Shown here piece after piece: positions 37,153 to 47,127 of a stretch of 64,000 bases of DNA (position 1 is the stretch's first letter; every line of letters begins with the position of its first letter). Both the position numbers and the translations under genes were made by a program. The notes under the pieces are model-generated. The model was not told where the DNA came from. It saw only the letters and a list, made by a program, of their open reading frames with translations, and made no database searches. Source of the stretch: Vulcanimicrobiota bacterium (GTDB taxonomy: Bacteria > Vulcanimicrobiota > Vulcanimicrobiia > Eremiobacterales > Eremiobacteraceae). Where the stretch lies: positions 120,830 to 184,829 of the forward strand of contig CAWDVP010000004.1 of the NCBI GenBank assembly GCA_963805945.1. Direction: 5' to 3'.

Positions 37153-38400
37153 TCAGCCGGCGTTTCGCAGGACGTCGATGCGGTCGAGGATGGCTGCCGC
37201 AACGGCCGCCTTGGATGCGCGCGGCAACCTTTCGTCGCCGTCGCGGCCCCACAACAGCGTCACTTCGTTGTCGTCGGCGCCGAATGCGCCGCCCGGGCCG
37301 CCGACACGGTTGGCGACGATGAGGTCCAAGTGCTTGCGCTCCAGTTTTTCGCGCGCGTGTTCTTCGACGCGCTCGGATTCGGCGGCGAAACCGATCACGA
37401 GACAACCCGGCGGGCGATGCGCGACGACATCCGCGATGATGTCGGGATTGCGCGCGAGCGTCATGCTCAGTTCGGCGGCTTCCTTCTTCACCTTGGCGGC
37501 GGCGACGAGTTCAGGACGGAAATCGGAGACGGCAGCGCTGCCGACGAACAGCGTCGCCGCCGGCAGATGTTCGAGCACCGCATTGTGCATCTCGCGCGCG
37601 CTCGTCACGCGCACGAGCTCGACGCCCGCGGGGGCGCGCAGTTCGGTCGGCCCGCTCACCAGCGTCACCGCGGCGCCGCGCGCGGCGGCTTCGGCCGCGA
37701 GCGCGTAGCCCATCTTGCCTGTCGACGGATTTGAGAGGAAGCGCACGGGATCGGCGTACTCGCGCGTCGGTCCGGCGGTGATGAGCAGGCGCTGACCGTC
37801 GAGCTGATGGCGGCGCGCGACGACGCGCGCGACGGCGGCGACGATCTCGTCCTCGTCGGCGAGCCGGCCGCTGCCGACCTCGCCGCAGGCCAAGAAACCG
37901 GCGCCGGGTTCGATGAACTCGAAGCCGCGCGTCTGCAGCGCGAGGATGTTCGCTTGCGTCGCGGGCGATTCGAGCATCGCGGTGTTCATCGCCGGCGCGA
38001 TGAGCACCGGATTGCGCGTCGCGAGGACGCACGTCGTGAGCAGATTATCGGCGACGCCGTGCGCCAGCTTGGCGATGGTGTTGGCGGTCGCGTTGAGGAC
38101 GAGCAGCAGCGCGCTCTTGCGCACAAGGCCGATGTGCGCGATGTCCCAGCTCGACCCGGCGGCGAACATGTCGGTGTGGACGTCGTGGTTCGAGAGCGCC
38201 TGGAAGGTCAGCGGGGTCACGAAGCGCTGTGCGGACTCGGTCATGATCACGTGCACGTCTGCGCCGGCTTGGCGCAATGCGCTCACCACGCCCGCGCACT
38301 TATATGCGGCGATGCCACCGCACACGCCGACGAGCAGGGTGCTCCCCTCAAGGTGGTTCGTGTAGTGCCCGAGCGAAGCTCGGGTCTCTTGTTCCTTCAT
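37153..38400 (-). CDS. coaBC: Phosphopantothenoylcysteine decarboxylase/ligase
   Basis: GGIAAYK, APAMN, ITAGPTRE..DPVRFLSNPSTGKMG, GFAAES. Confidence 0.96.
   Translation of the reverse strand: MKEQETRASLGHYTNHLEGSTLLVGVCGGIAAYKCAGVVSALRQAGADVHVIMTESAQRFVTPLTFQALSNHDVHTDMFAAGSSWDIAHIGLVRKSALLLVLNATANTIAKLAHGVADNLLTTCVLATRNPVLIAPAMNTAMLESPATQANILALQTRGFEFIEPGAGFLACGEVGSGRLADEDEIVAAVARVVARRHQLDGQRLLITAGPTREYADPVRFLSNPSTGKMGYALAAEAAARGAAVTLVSGPTELRAPAGVELVRVTSAREMHNAVLEHLPAATLFVGSAAVSDFRPELVAAAKVKKEAAELSMTLARNPDIIADVVAHRPPGCLVIGFAAESERVEEHAREKLERKHLDLIVANRVGGPGGAFGADDNEVTLLWGRDGDERLPRASKAAVAAAILDRIDVLRNAG
38362..38384 (+). repeat. REP family C hairpin inside the coaBC 5' coding region
   Basis: GTAGTGCCCGAGCGAAGCTCGGG, identical to the intergenic copy at 23411-23433. 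Confidence 0.8.
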
Positions 38401-38402
38401 CT

Positions 38403-39239
38403 TTATGGTGTCGTCACTTCCAGGTTATCGATCAGGCGCGTCGTACCGGCGAAGACCGCACCCAGCACGAGCAGCTCTCGCCCGAGCGGCGCTTCATGCA
38501 GCGGTGCGAACACCGCCGGCTCCACGACCGCGAGGTAGTCTAGTTTCAAGGGCGGCAGGTCCGCCTCCGCCTGGGCGAGCGCGGCATCCACGTCGCGCGC
38601 ACCTCCGTGCAGCGCAGCGGCCACCCTCGCCAGCGCCTTATAGAGCCGCGGCGCGTCGCACCGCTCGCTCGGCGTGAGGTAGGCATTGCGCGAGGACAGC
38701 GCGAGGCCGTCGGCTTCGCGCACGGTCGAGCATGCGGTGATGGCGATCGGCAGATCGAAATCGGCGACGAGGCGGCGCACGACGGCGAGCTGCTGCGCAT
38801 CTTTCTGTCCGAAGTAGGCGATGTCGGGCGCGGTGATATTGAAGAGCTTGAGCACCACGGTGGCGACGCCGCCGAAGAAGCCGGGGCGCCGTTCGCCTTC
38901 CAGATATTTCGCGACCGCCCCGGGCGCCACGACCGACTGCGCGCCTGGCGGATACATCTCCTCACGGCTCGGCATGAAGAGTAGATCAACGCCCGCCTTC
39001 TCGAGGGCCGCGGCGTCGGCTTCCGGCGAGCGCGGATAACGCTCGAGGTCCTCTGCCGGCCCGAACTGCAGCGGGTTGACGAACACCGATGCGATGACCG
39101 AGGCGCACTCGCGGCGCGCGCGCGCGACCAGCGACTCGTGCCCGGCATGCAGGGCGCCCATGGTCGGGACGAAGCCGATGGGATGGGGCAGCGCCGCGCG
39201 CGCGCGCCGCGCGTCGGCCACCGAGCGGACCGTGTGCAT
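38403..39239 (-). CDS. panC: Pantoate--beta-alanine ligase
   Basis: FVPTMGALHAGH, FVNPLQF, FGQKDAQQ, LSSRN, RLIDN. Confidence 0.96.
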   Translation of the reverse strand: MHTVRSVADARRARAALPHPIGFVPTMGALHAGHESLVARARRECASVIASVFVNPLQFGPAEDLERYPRSPEADAAALEKAGVDLLFMPSREEMYPPGAQSVVAPGAVAKYLEGERRPGFFGGVATVVLKLFNITAPDIAYFGQKDAQQLAVVRRLVADFDLPIAITACSTVREADGLALSSRNAYLTPSERCDAPRLYKALARVAAALHGGARDVDAALAQAEADLPPLKLDYLAVVEPAVFAPLHEAPLGRELLVLGAVFAGTTRLIDNLEVTTP

Positions 39240-39243
39240 CGGA

Positions 39244-39546
<303 letters not shown>

Positions 39547-39743
39547 ATCGGCGACCGCTTTTCGAGCATCCTGAGGAGGTCTCCCGCGCTCGGCATACGT
39601 CACAAAAAGGGTGCCGTCACAGTATCTCTGTGGGACGAAAAGGCTCAAGTCGGGGGTTCAGGTGGCCGATGATTAGAGCATACAGGCGGAGTCGCTTGGA
39701 AGCGAACGGCCCGCCCACCACGGCCTCGCCGGAGCATCATCGG

Positions 39744-39965
39744 GTGGACAACGTAAGCGTGAAGAACCTCGAATCGGAACTGGTCGACATCGACGCTGAC
39801 GCGCTTCGGGAAGCTGAGCGCATCTTCGCGCAGGGCATCTTGGACACGATGCCCGGCAAGTCGGTGGCCCGCGCTGAATATCAAGAGACCCGGGTCGTCA
39901 TCACCATGACCGACGGCACGGAGTTCTATTTCTACGGGTTCATGGGAGAGTCCGCAGCCCACTAG
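39744..39965 (+). CDS. Small acidic hypothetical protein (73 aa)
   Basis: GGAG RBS and GTG start; DIDADALREAERIFAQGILDTMPGK...YFYGFMGE. Confidence 0.65.
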   Translation: MDNVSVKNLESELVDIDADALREAERIFAQGILDTMPGKSVARAEYQETRVVITMTDGTEFYFYGFMGESAAH

Positions 39966-39984
39966 ATCCCCACCCTCGGACAAT

Positions 39985-40010
39985 GTGGCGGCCGACCTTT
40001 AGGTCGGCCG
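39985..40010 (+). repeat. REP family A variant (GTGG foot)
   Basis: GTGGCGGCCGACCTTTAGGTCGGCCG. Confidence 0.75.
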
Positions 40011-40091
40011 TTTTGCGTGTGTTCCCAAGTCGTAATGGCCCGAAGGGCTTCACCGGCGGCCGCCAAAGCAGACGGCAGGTAAGGAGCGCGG

Positions 40092-40994
40092 ATGCAGACT
40101 CAGGCGCCATCGATCTCTGAGATTTTCGGCCCGGCCGACTGGCAAAGCGACCTCGCGAGGACCGCAGACCACCTGGCCGACCAGATGCAGATGCACCACT
40201 GGCACGTCGATCAGATGCCGTGGGATACGCTGCCGCTTTTCCCGATCGAGAACAGCGCTCGCACCTCGCCTAAACTGATACGCTTCTACAAGAATGCGGC
40301 CGCCGTCGCCACGAGAGCCGAAGAGATCGCGGTCTCGATCGCGCGACGTCTGCTCGTCTATGCGGATCAGGAGAAGCTGCCGATCGCGTTCCGGCGCGCC
40401 ATCGCGGCGGTGCTCAACGACGAGGCCTCGCACGTCGCGACCATGATCCGGCTGGAACAGCTCGCCGACGCCGCATATCCGGGCGTCGCCGCACGGTCCG
40501 ACGAGAGCCCCCTTTTCGAGGCGCTCATGCCGGCCATCGAGACACTCGAACCGGCGGTCCTGGCCACGTTCATGGCGTCATACGAAGCGTCGGTCGCGAT
40601 CCGCTCCTATCAGGAGCAGCAGACGTACGGCATCCCCTCCATCCTCTCGGAGATGGGCGCGCACGCCGCCGAGGACGACGGCCGCCATGCCAAAACGCTG
40701 CGCGTCGCCGCGCACGCGTTCTTGAAGATCTTCCGGGCGCGGCATGGCGATGACGAGCGCGGCACGTCGCCGGCGTGGCGCACGCAGCTGCTCGATCCGT
40801 TCCGCACCTACTGGAGCCTGATGCCAGCCCACGAGCTATATCTCGCCGGCAGCGATCGCCGGCAACTGGCGCACGTGCACGAACTTGTCGCCCACGACAT
40901 CGCGATCATGACCCGGATCCTCGGGTTCCTCGGGGTGTCGCCGGAGGCGCAAGAATATGCCGGCGTCACCGCGATCGCCGGCCAGCCCGCCTAA
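40092..40994 (+). CDS. Ferritin-like diiron protein of unknown function
   Basis: AEE..., DEASH, YEAS and EDDGRH carboxylate/His motifs; AAGGAG RBS. Confidence 0.65.
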   Translation: MQTQAPSISEIFGPADWQSDLARTADHLADQMQMHHWHVDQMPWDTLPLFPIENSARTSPKLIRFYKNAAAVATRAEEIAVSIARRLLVYADQEKLPIAFRRAIAAVLNDEASHVATMIRLEQLADAAYPGVAARSDESPLFEALMPAIETLEPAVLATFMASYEASVAIRSYQEQQTYGIPSILSEMGAHAAEDDGRHAKTLRVAAHAFLKIFRARHGDDERGTSPAWRTQLLDPFRTYWSLMPAHELYLAGSDRRQLAHVHELVAHDIAIMTRILGFLGVSPEAQEYAGVTAIAGQPA

Positions 40995-41032
40995 TCTCCG
41001 CTTCTTGGAGCGGTCGAATTTATTCGACCGTT

Positions 41033-41380
41033 CTACTTCGACAGGGCGTTGGCGTCGACGAATTCGGCGATCATGCGCCGGTCTTCGGGATCGATCGACG
41101 TGAACGCGATGCCATGATGGAAGATCTTCTCGGAGCCTAGGAATGCGCTGAGCACGACGCGTCCGCGCACGCGGATCGCGAGATCGCTGCCCGGCAGGCG
41201 GAAGCGCAAGTCGAGCGTGGCGCGCGGTGGCAGGTCGTACGACGCGACGAGCCGCATGCCGCCCGCGCCGAGATCCAATACGGAGCCGGGATGCGACGCC
41301 GGATCGGGCTCGATCGAGAATTCAACCGGGAGCGACACCGGAACGCGCACGTACTGTCGCCTGTGGAGGTCACCCCTCAT
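41033..41380 (-). CDS. PilZ domain protein
   Basis: RRQYVR and DLGAGG c-di-GMP motifs. Confidence 0.9.
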   Translation of the reverse strand: MRGDLHRRQYVRVPVSLPVEFSIEPDPASHPGSVLDLGAGGMRLVASYDLPPRATLDLRFRLPGSDLAIRVRGRVVLSAFLGSEKIFHHGIAFTSIDPEDRRMIAEFVDANALSK

Positions 41381-41432
41381 GGCGCGTGTATTCTCGCTCG
41401 TATGTGCGCCCCCCTCGGACGATTACGCTCCC

Positions 41433-42704
41433 TCATGTCGCTTTGCCGACGGCGTCCGCGGCGCTCATGACCGCGAGCATCCCGTGCATGACGTCGAGTC
41501 CGCCCTGTAGATAGACCTCGAACGGCGCGCGCATCGGCGCGTCGCACGACAGTTCCAGCGTCGACCCCGACACGAATGCGCCGCCCGCCATGACGACGGG
41601 ATCCGCATAACCGGGCACAGGCCCGGGTTCGGGCAGCGCGCGCGAGTTGACCGGCAGCAACCGCTGCAGGCCGCGCGAGAATGCAAGGAGCTTGGCCGCG
41701 TCGCCAAGCCCGATCGCCTGGACGATATCTGTGCGCTGCGCGCCGGAAAGCGGATCGACGTGATATCCGAGTGCGCCGAACAGCGCGGCGGCGAAATCCA
41801 GCGTCTTGAGGCTTTCGAGCACCGCGTGCGGCGCACGATGCAGACCGGCGAAGAACCAGCGCAGCGTGTCGAGCGTCGGGCCGGCCGACGCCCCGAGCCC
41901 GGGCGCGAAGACCCGGTCGGCGACGCGGGCTACTGTCTCGGCGTTGCCTGCTATATAAGCCCCGGTCGTCGCAAGCCCGCCGCCGGGATTCTTGATGAGC
42001 GAGCCCACGACCGCGTCGGCGCCGACCGACGACGGCTCGTGCGGCTCCACCAGCTCACCGTAGCAGTTGTCCACCACGATCGTCGCGCTGGGCGTATCCG
42101 CGCGCGCGAGCTCGATGAGCCGGCCGATCTGCGCGATCGAGAGCGACGGCCGCGGCGCATAGCCGCGCGAGCGCTGGATGAAGATGACGTCGGGCGAGCG
42201 GCGCAGCACGTCGCGCGCGTCTTCGTCGCGCGGCGCGGCGCCCTCCGTCCACGCGGCCTCGAGATACTCGACGCCGCGGCCATGCACCAGGCCGTTGGGA
42301 TGGTCGGCGATCGCCATACGTAAGGTGTCGTATGGGCGGCCGGTGAGCGAGCACAGCGTGCCGCCGCGCGGTGAAAGAGCATCAAGCGTCGCTATGATGG
42401 CGTGCGTGCCGCTGACGAGCTGCAGCCGCGCCAGCGCCGCCGGGGCTTCGAAGATGTCGGCGAGCAGCGCTTCGTATGCCTCGCGTCCGCGGTCATGATA
42501 CGCATAACCGGTGCTGCCCGCGAGATGCGACTCGTCGATGCCGGCGCGGGCGAACGCCGCGACGACCTTCGCGCTGACGGACAGCGCGAGCGCTTCACGC
42601 ATGCGCCAGGCGTCGGCGATATGGTCGAGCGCCGCGCACGCGGGGTCCGCGATCGCCGGCGCGATCGCGAGCCGTCCGGCGGCGTCGCGCAACGCGTCCT
42701 TCAC
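41433..42704 (-). CDS. PLP-dependent YnbB / aluminium-resistance (methionine gamma-lyase family) protein
   Basis: STGYAYHDRGRE, VSGTHAI, IQRSRGY, VDNCYGE, GSLIKNPGGGLA. Confidence 0.9.
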   Translation of the reverse strand: MKDALRDAAGRLAIAPAIADPACAALDHIADAWRMREALALSVSAKVVAAFARAGIDESHLAGSTGYAYHDRGREAYEALLADIFEAPAALARLQLVSGTHAIIATLDALSPRGGTLCSLTGRPYDTLRMAIADHPNGLVHGRGVEYLEAAWTEGAAPRDEDARDVLRRSPDVIFIQRSRGYAPRPSLSIAQIGRLIELARADTPSATIVVDNCYGELVEPHEPSSVGADAVVGSLIKNPGGGLATTGAYIAGNAETVARVADRVFAPGLGASAGPTLDTLRWFFAGLHRAPHAVLESLKTLDFAAALFGALGYHVDPLSGAQRTDIVQAIGLGDAAKLLAFSRGLQRLLPVNSRALPEPGPVPGYADPVVMAGGAFVSGSTLELSCDAPMRAPFEVYLQGGLDVMHGMLAVMSAADAVGKAT

Positions 42705-44005
42705 TGCGGCTGCCCTTCTTCGGTGAGGTGCTCTGGGTGGCGCTCGACTTCCAGCTCGTGTTCGCGGATCGCCTCGGCGGTCTTGACGAGCCGGTCTTCT
42801 TCCTCCGGCTCGCGCGTGAGCGTCTCTTCGAACGCCTTGTAGAACGGCAGATAGAGCACGTACGACAGCGCGATGTTGAAGAACACCAGCACCACCGCGC
42901 GCCAATCGCCGTTGGTCGTGAGCCAGGCCGCGATGGGCACGGGGATCGCACCCGGCAAGAACACGACGGTCCGCCCGACCAAGCCGAAGTACATGGAGAG
43001 ATAGGTGACCGTGGCGAGCACGAGCGGCACGCCGATGAACGGGATCGTGAGGCTCGGATTCATGACCAGCGGCAAGCCGAAGATCAACGGCTCGTTGACG
43101 TTGATGAAGCTCGGCAGGATCGAGGCATAGCCGAGCTTGCGGATGCGTGGGATCTTCGACGCGAGCATGAGCAGGTTGAGCGACAGCGTGGCGCCGGAGC
43201 CGCCCGGGAAAAAGAACAGAAAGATAGTGATCGTGACGATGTGCGGCGGCAGTTCGTGCCGGAGCATGGCGTGGCCGTTGGCGTCGATCGCGCTCAAGAA
43301 GACCGGCGTCGTGATGGCCGCGAGGAAGCCGGGCCCGTGCACGCCGGCGGTCCACAGCAGCACCTGCAAGAACACGACGAGCAGCAACGCGGGCAAGGTG
43401 TCGCCGACGCCGACGAGCGGTTTGATGACGGCGAGCAGCACGTCGGCGACGCTCTGATGCGAGGGCGCGAGCGCGCCCGCGATGCCGACGAACACGAACA
43501 GCGTGAGCGCGACCGATGCCGCCAGTGCGAGGACGCGCCGGCTGATCCAGCGGTGCATCCAGCGCATGATCTCGCCGGTGATCATGGCGACGATGATGCC
43601 GAGGAAGAGGCTGCTCGCCGACAGCGTCGCGAGCAGCACGAGCGGCGAGGACGGCACCGGGCGCGGCAGCGAGATGATGAAGGCGACGGCGCTGAGCACC
43701 ACCGCGGCGATGCGGTTATAACGGAAGCGTTGCGCGAGCTGGTCCGCCAGCAGCAGCGCCAACGCGAAGCCCATGGCGCCGAAGCCGACGTGATACGCAT
43801 CGAGGAAGCGCGGGAACACCTTCTGCGGCGGCACGAGGAAGAACGCGGCGACGGTCGCGATGGCCATGACCCAGAAGGCCGGCTGGATGGCGACGCGCAC
43901 GGACGCGAAATGCGGTTCGTCGGCGGCTCGCTGCAACGGCGGCAGTAGACGCACCTCGAGCGCGGCGACGGCGGCATCGAGGCCGCGCAGCCAAGTCGAC
44001 TTCAA
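42701..44005 (-). CDS. PTS EIIC component (cellobiose/lactose family)
   Basis: LLWTAGVHG, GGSGATL, FINVNEPLIFGLPLVMNP, YLPFYK. Confidence 0.88.
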   Translation of the reverse strand: MKSTWLRGLDAAVAALEVRLLPPLQRAADEPHFASVRVAIQPAFWVMAIATVAAFFLVPPQKVFPRFLDAYHVGFGAMGFALALLLADQLAQRFRYNRIAAVVLSAVAFIISLPRPVPSSPLVLLATLSASSLFLGIIVAMITGEIMRWMHRWISRRVLALAASVALTLFVFVGIAGALAPSHQSVADVLLAVIKPLVGVGDTLPALLLVVFLQVLLWTAGVHGPGFLAAITTPVFLSAIDANGHAMLRHELPPHIVTITIFLFFFPGGSGATLSLNLLMLASKIPRIRKLGYASILPSFINVNEPLIFGLPLVMNPSLTIPFIGVPLVLATVTYLSMYFGLVGRTVVFLPGAIPVPIAAWLTTNGDWRAVVLVFFNIALSYVLYLPFYKAFEETLTREPEEEDRLVKTAEAIREHELEVERHPEHLTEEGQPQ

Positions 44006-44018
44006 GAACGTCTAAATT

Positions 44019-44828
44019 CTACGACGCTCGCGCCGCGCGGCGTTGCGAACGTTCGCTCGCCTGCGCGACGAAACTGCGGAAAAGCGCGCGGCTGTGCTCG
44101 TCGCGCGCGGCGAGCTCCTCCGGATGCCACTGCACGCCGATGAAGAACGGATGCTCGTCGATCTCGACCGCTTCGACGATGCCGTCGTGGGTGCTCGCGA
44201 CGGGCTTGAGGTCGGCGGCGATGCGTCGCAGCGCCTGGTGGTGCAGCGAATTCGTGTCCAGCGAGATCGTGCCGAGCACGGTCGCGAGCTTCGAACCCGG
44301 CGCCACTTCGACGCGATGCGTCGTGTCGTCGCGCGCGAAATCCGGCGTCTGCACGTGGCGCAGCTTCGGCCCGCCGCCGGGCGAGCGATGCTGCGCGTCG
44401 ATGTCTTCGTACAGCGTGCCGCCGAACGCGACGTTCATGACCTGCACGCCGCGGCAGATGCCGAACGTTGGGATGTTCGCGCGTCTCGCTGCGCGTGCCG
44501 CTTCCATCTGAAATTGATCCACGCCCTCGGGTGCCGGCGTGACGCTGGGATGCGAGCGACCGCCGTACAGCTCCGGATCGACGTCGGCGCCGCCCGGCAG
44601 CAGCACGCCGTCGAAACGCTCGAGCAGTTCGGGCACGGACGCGAGGTATTGCGGCGGGGCGACGAGCACGGGCTCGCCGCCGGCTTGTTCGACGGCGCTG
44701 CGATACTTGGCGCGGGCGTTCGGTTTGGCGAGCTCTTCGGCTCCGACGATGATGGCGATCTTCGGCTTCACGCCGTCGTTTTCCGAAAACGTCGTGGGGC
44801 GACCTTTCGGCCGCCCCACCACGCTCAT
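44019..44828 (-). CDS. Gamma-glutamyl-gamma-aminobutyrate hydrolase family (peptidase C26)
   Basis: DGVLLPGGADVDP, GICRG, NSLHHQ, GVQWHPE; an alternative GTG start lies near 44771. Confidence 0.92.
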   Translation of the reverse strand: MSVVGRPKGRPTTFSENDGVKPKIAIIVGAEELAKPNARAKYRSAVEQAGGEPVLVAPPQYLASVPELLERFDGVLLPGGADVDPELYGGRSHPSVTPAPEGVDQFQMEAARAARRANIPTFGICRGVQVMNVAFGGTLYEDIDAQHRSPGGGPKLRHVQTPDFARDDTTHRVEVAPGSKLATVLGTISLDTNSLHHQALRRIAADLKPVASTHDGIVEAVEIDEHPFFIGVQWHPEELAARDEHSRALFRSFVAQASERSQRRAARAS

Positions 44829-44861
44829 AACCTATGTAGGGGTCGACCTTTAGGTCGACCC
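44794..44861. repeat. Pair of REP family A hairpins after lexA
   Basis: GTGGGGCGACCTTTCGGCCGCCCCAC and GTAGGGGTCGACCTTTAGGTCGACCC. Confidence 0.75.
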
Positions 44862-44866
44862 TTTTC

Positions 44867-45517
44867 TCAAAGCTTGCGTATGACCGCGGACACCTTGCCG
44901 ACGATCTGGAGGTTATCGACGCTATTGACGTAGATGGGTTCCATATACTTGTTCTCCGGCTGCAGCCGGATGCGGTTCGCTTCTTTATAGAAGGTCTTGA
45001 CGGTGGCTTCCGATTCGATGCCTTCGATCATGGCGACGACCATGTCGCCGTTCTCGGCGGTCTGCTGCTGCTGCACGACGACGAGGTCGCCGTCAAGGAT
45101 CGCGGCGTCCATCATCGAGTCGCCTTTGACCCGCAGCATGAACGAACCGGACTTGGCGGCGAGGTGCGACGGCAGCGCGATCTCGTCTTCGACCTCGGGA
45201 TTCGCGGTGATCGGAATGCCGGCAGCCACTCGGCCGTACAGCGGCAGGGTGACGATGTCGCGCGACGCCTCGCTGCCCGTGACCAGGGCGCGCGGCTTGG
45301 TGGGATCGCGATGGATGAGGCCCTTGCGCTGAAGGGTGCGCAGGTGGCTCTGCACGGTAGAGCTGCTGGAGAGGCCGACCCGTTCGCCTATCTCGCGGAC
45401 CGACGGCGGATAGCCGTGCTGCCGCTGGAAATCTTTGATGACGTCGAGGATGGACTGCTGTCTTGCAGTCGTCTTGCGATCCACAGGAGTCTTACCGCCC
45501 TTCCCTTGTTGCCGCAT
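44867..45517 (-). CDS. lexA: SOS repressor LexA
   Basis: GYPPSVREIG, VAAGIP cleavage site, GDSM, ATVK. Confidence 0.96.
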   Translation of the reverse strand: MRQQGKGGKTPVDRKTTARQQSILDVIKDFQRQHGYPPSVREIGERVGLSSSSTVQSHLRTLQRKGLIHRDPTKPRALVTGSEASRDIVTLPLYGRVAAGIPITANPEVEDEIALPSHLAAKSGSFMLRVKGDSMMDAAILDGDLVVVQQQQTAENGDMVVAMIEGIESEATVKTFYKEANRIRLQPENKYMEPIYVNSVDNLQIVGKVSAVIRKL

Positions 45518-45604
45518 GGCGGGACAAATAGCGACAGTAACGCCCGTCGATGGCTCACTGAACCGACGGTAAGATGGATTCTAGCACAATCCGCGTCCCA
45601 AGTG

Positions 45605-45676
45605 CAAACGTTTGTTCGAAAAATTCTTGACAGCCTGCTCGGCCCGGCGGTAATATGGCACTAGAACATACGTTCG
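45605..45676. promoter_or_regulatory. Two LexA (SOS) boxes and a sigma70 promoter
   Basis: CAAAC-GTTT-GTTCG (45605-45618), GAAC-ATAC-GTTC (45664-45675), TTGACA-18-TAATAT (45627-45656). Confidence 0.8.
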
Positions 45677-45707
45677 AGCCTAGGCGGCTCGGAGGACGGA
45701 TTTACCA

Positions 45708-46007
45708 ATGCACACACACCGCCGCAAGACGCGGGTCACGCTCATTCCTCTCATCCAGCTGCTCTCCCTCGTGCTGGTGTTCGCCCTCCCCGTGGTCTGG
45801 GCGTCCCAGGTTTTCACCTCCAGCCCAACCCACTACGATAAGGTCGTCGTGAGCAGCGGAGACACGGTGTGGAGCCTCGTGGCCAAGCGCGCGGCCGTCG
45901 GCAGCGACGTCAACGAGCTGGCCTACAACGTCATGAACGTCAACCACATCAAGCCCGGTCAGGGGCTGCACCCAGGCCAAGTGCTTCTGCTCCCCCGATC
46001 CAACTAA
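45708..46007 (+). CDS. LysM membrane protein, YneA-like SOS division inhibitor candidate
   Basis: N-terminal TM plus LysM (VVSSGDTVWSL...LHPGQVLLLP); divergent from lexA. Confidence 0.8.
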   Translation: MHTHRRKTRVTLIPLIQLLSLVLVFALPVVWASQVFTSSPTHYDKVVVSSGDTVWSLVAKRAAVGSDVNELAYNVMNVNHIKPGQGLHPGQVLLLPRSN

Positions 46008-46023
46008 CCCCACCCAAACCGAT

Positions 46024-46056
46024 GTAGGGGCCGATCTTTAGATCGGCCCTTTTTTT
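46024..46056 (+). repeat. REP family A hairpin doubling as terminator
   Basis: GTAGGGGCCGATCTTTAGATCGGCCC followed by T7. Confidence 0.85.
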
Positions 46057-46131
46057 ATGCCTGACCGCAAGGGTCTCTGAACCCTGTGACCAACGGCAAA
46101 CCAAGCCACTGAATTGATCGGAGAGGTCGAC

Positions 46132-47004
46132 ATGCGGATCGTAAGCGCGAGAATCAGCATCCTGTTGATCGCGGTAGGCGCCGTGATTGCGGCCGCCTGC
46201 TCGAGCAGCACGACGGCACCCCCGGTCACACTGGCCACACCGCCGCCGTCGCACCTTTATGTCTCCGACTTCACCGGGAACCTGTACGTGTATACGCTCC
46301 CGCTTAACGCAGTGAGCCAACCCTCGGTGACGCTCGCCGGCCAAGCGGCATTCGCCGGCATCGCCGTCAGCCAGAACAAGCTGTACAACGGACCGTACGT
46401 CTTCCAACTGCCGCTCACCAGTACCAGCGTGAGGACGGCCGTGCTGACGACGACGAGCAATGTCATCGACGACGCTGCTGACGCAAACGGCACGATCTAC
46501 CTCGCTGAGAATATGAACTCCACGTGCTGCATCGACGTCTACCAAGGCGGCGCAACGAGCCCGACGTTCACATTGAGCGGGGCTTCGGTGAACGCTCCTT
46601 TCGGAGTCGCCATGGACTTTGGCGGGAACCTCTTCCTCGCCAACGCCGGATCGATCGGGTACTTCGCGACACCGGTGCACGCAGGTGAGGCGGGCATAAC
46701 TTTCGGTCGTGACAGCTTCAACGAAGGGCTCGTGACGGACTCGAGCGCCAATCTATACGTGGCCGATGGCAATGGCCTCGGGACGATCGACTACTATCAT
46801 CCACCGTATGCCGTCGCAAGCGCCCCAGGCACGCCTGCGACGATCGGCGGCAAGCTCTACCAAATGGCGATAGGACCTGACGGCACGATGTATATCATGA
46901 GCCAATTGCCCAGTCAAATCGACGTGTTGACGCCGCCGTACACGTCGATCGCCTTTGCGGTGCCGACGTCGTGGACCGGCTACGGCGTCGCCGTCGGGCC
47001 GTAG
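46132..47004 (+). CDS. Beta-propeller-like lipoprotein, tandem paralog 1
   Basis: Lipobox AAAC; NHL-like repeats (D..GNL[FY].A); GGAGAGG RBS. Confidence 0.8.
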   Translation: MRIVSARISILLIAVGAVIAAACSSSTTAPPVTLATPPPSHLYVSDFTGNLYVYTLPLNAVSQPSVTLAGQAAFAGIAVSQNKLYNGPYVFQLPLTSTSVRTAVLTTTSNVIDDAADANGTIYLAENMNSTCCIDVYQGGATSPTFTLSGASVNAPFGVAMDFGGNLFLANAGSIGYFATPVHAGEAGITFGRDSFNEGLVTDSSANLYVADGNGLGTIDYYHPPYAVASAPGTPATIGGKLYQMAIGPDGTMYIMSQLPSQIDVLTPPYTSIAFAVPTSWTGYGVAVGP

Positions 47005-47127
47005 AGGTCTCACGCACGGCGGAGCCTCACCAACAGCGGATGTAGGGGCTTTTTTCGCTTGCCCGCAAGGGTCTTGCAAACCAGTGACGCAACCGCTCCC
47101 AACCACATATCGAATGGAGAGGTGAAC

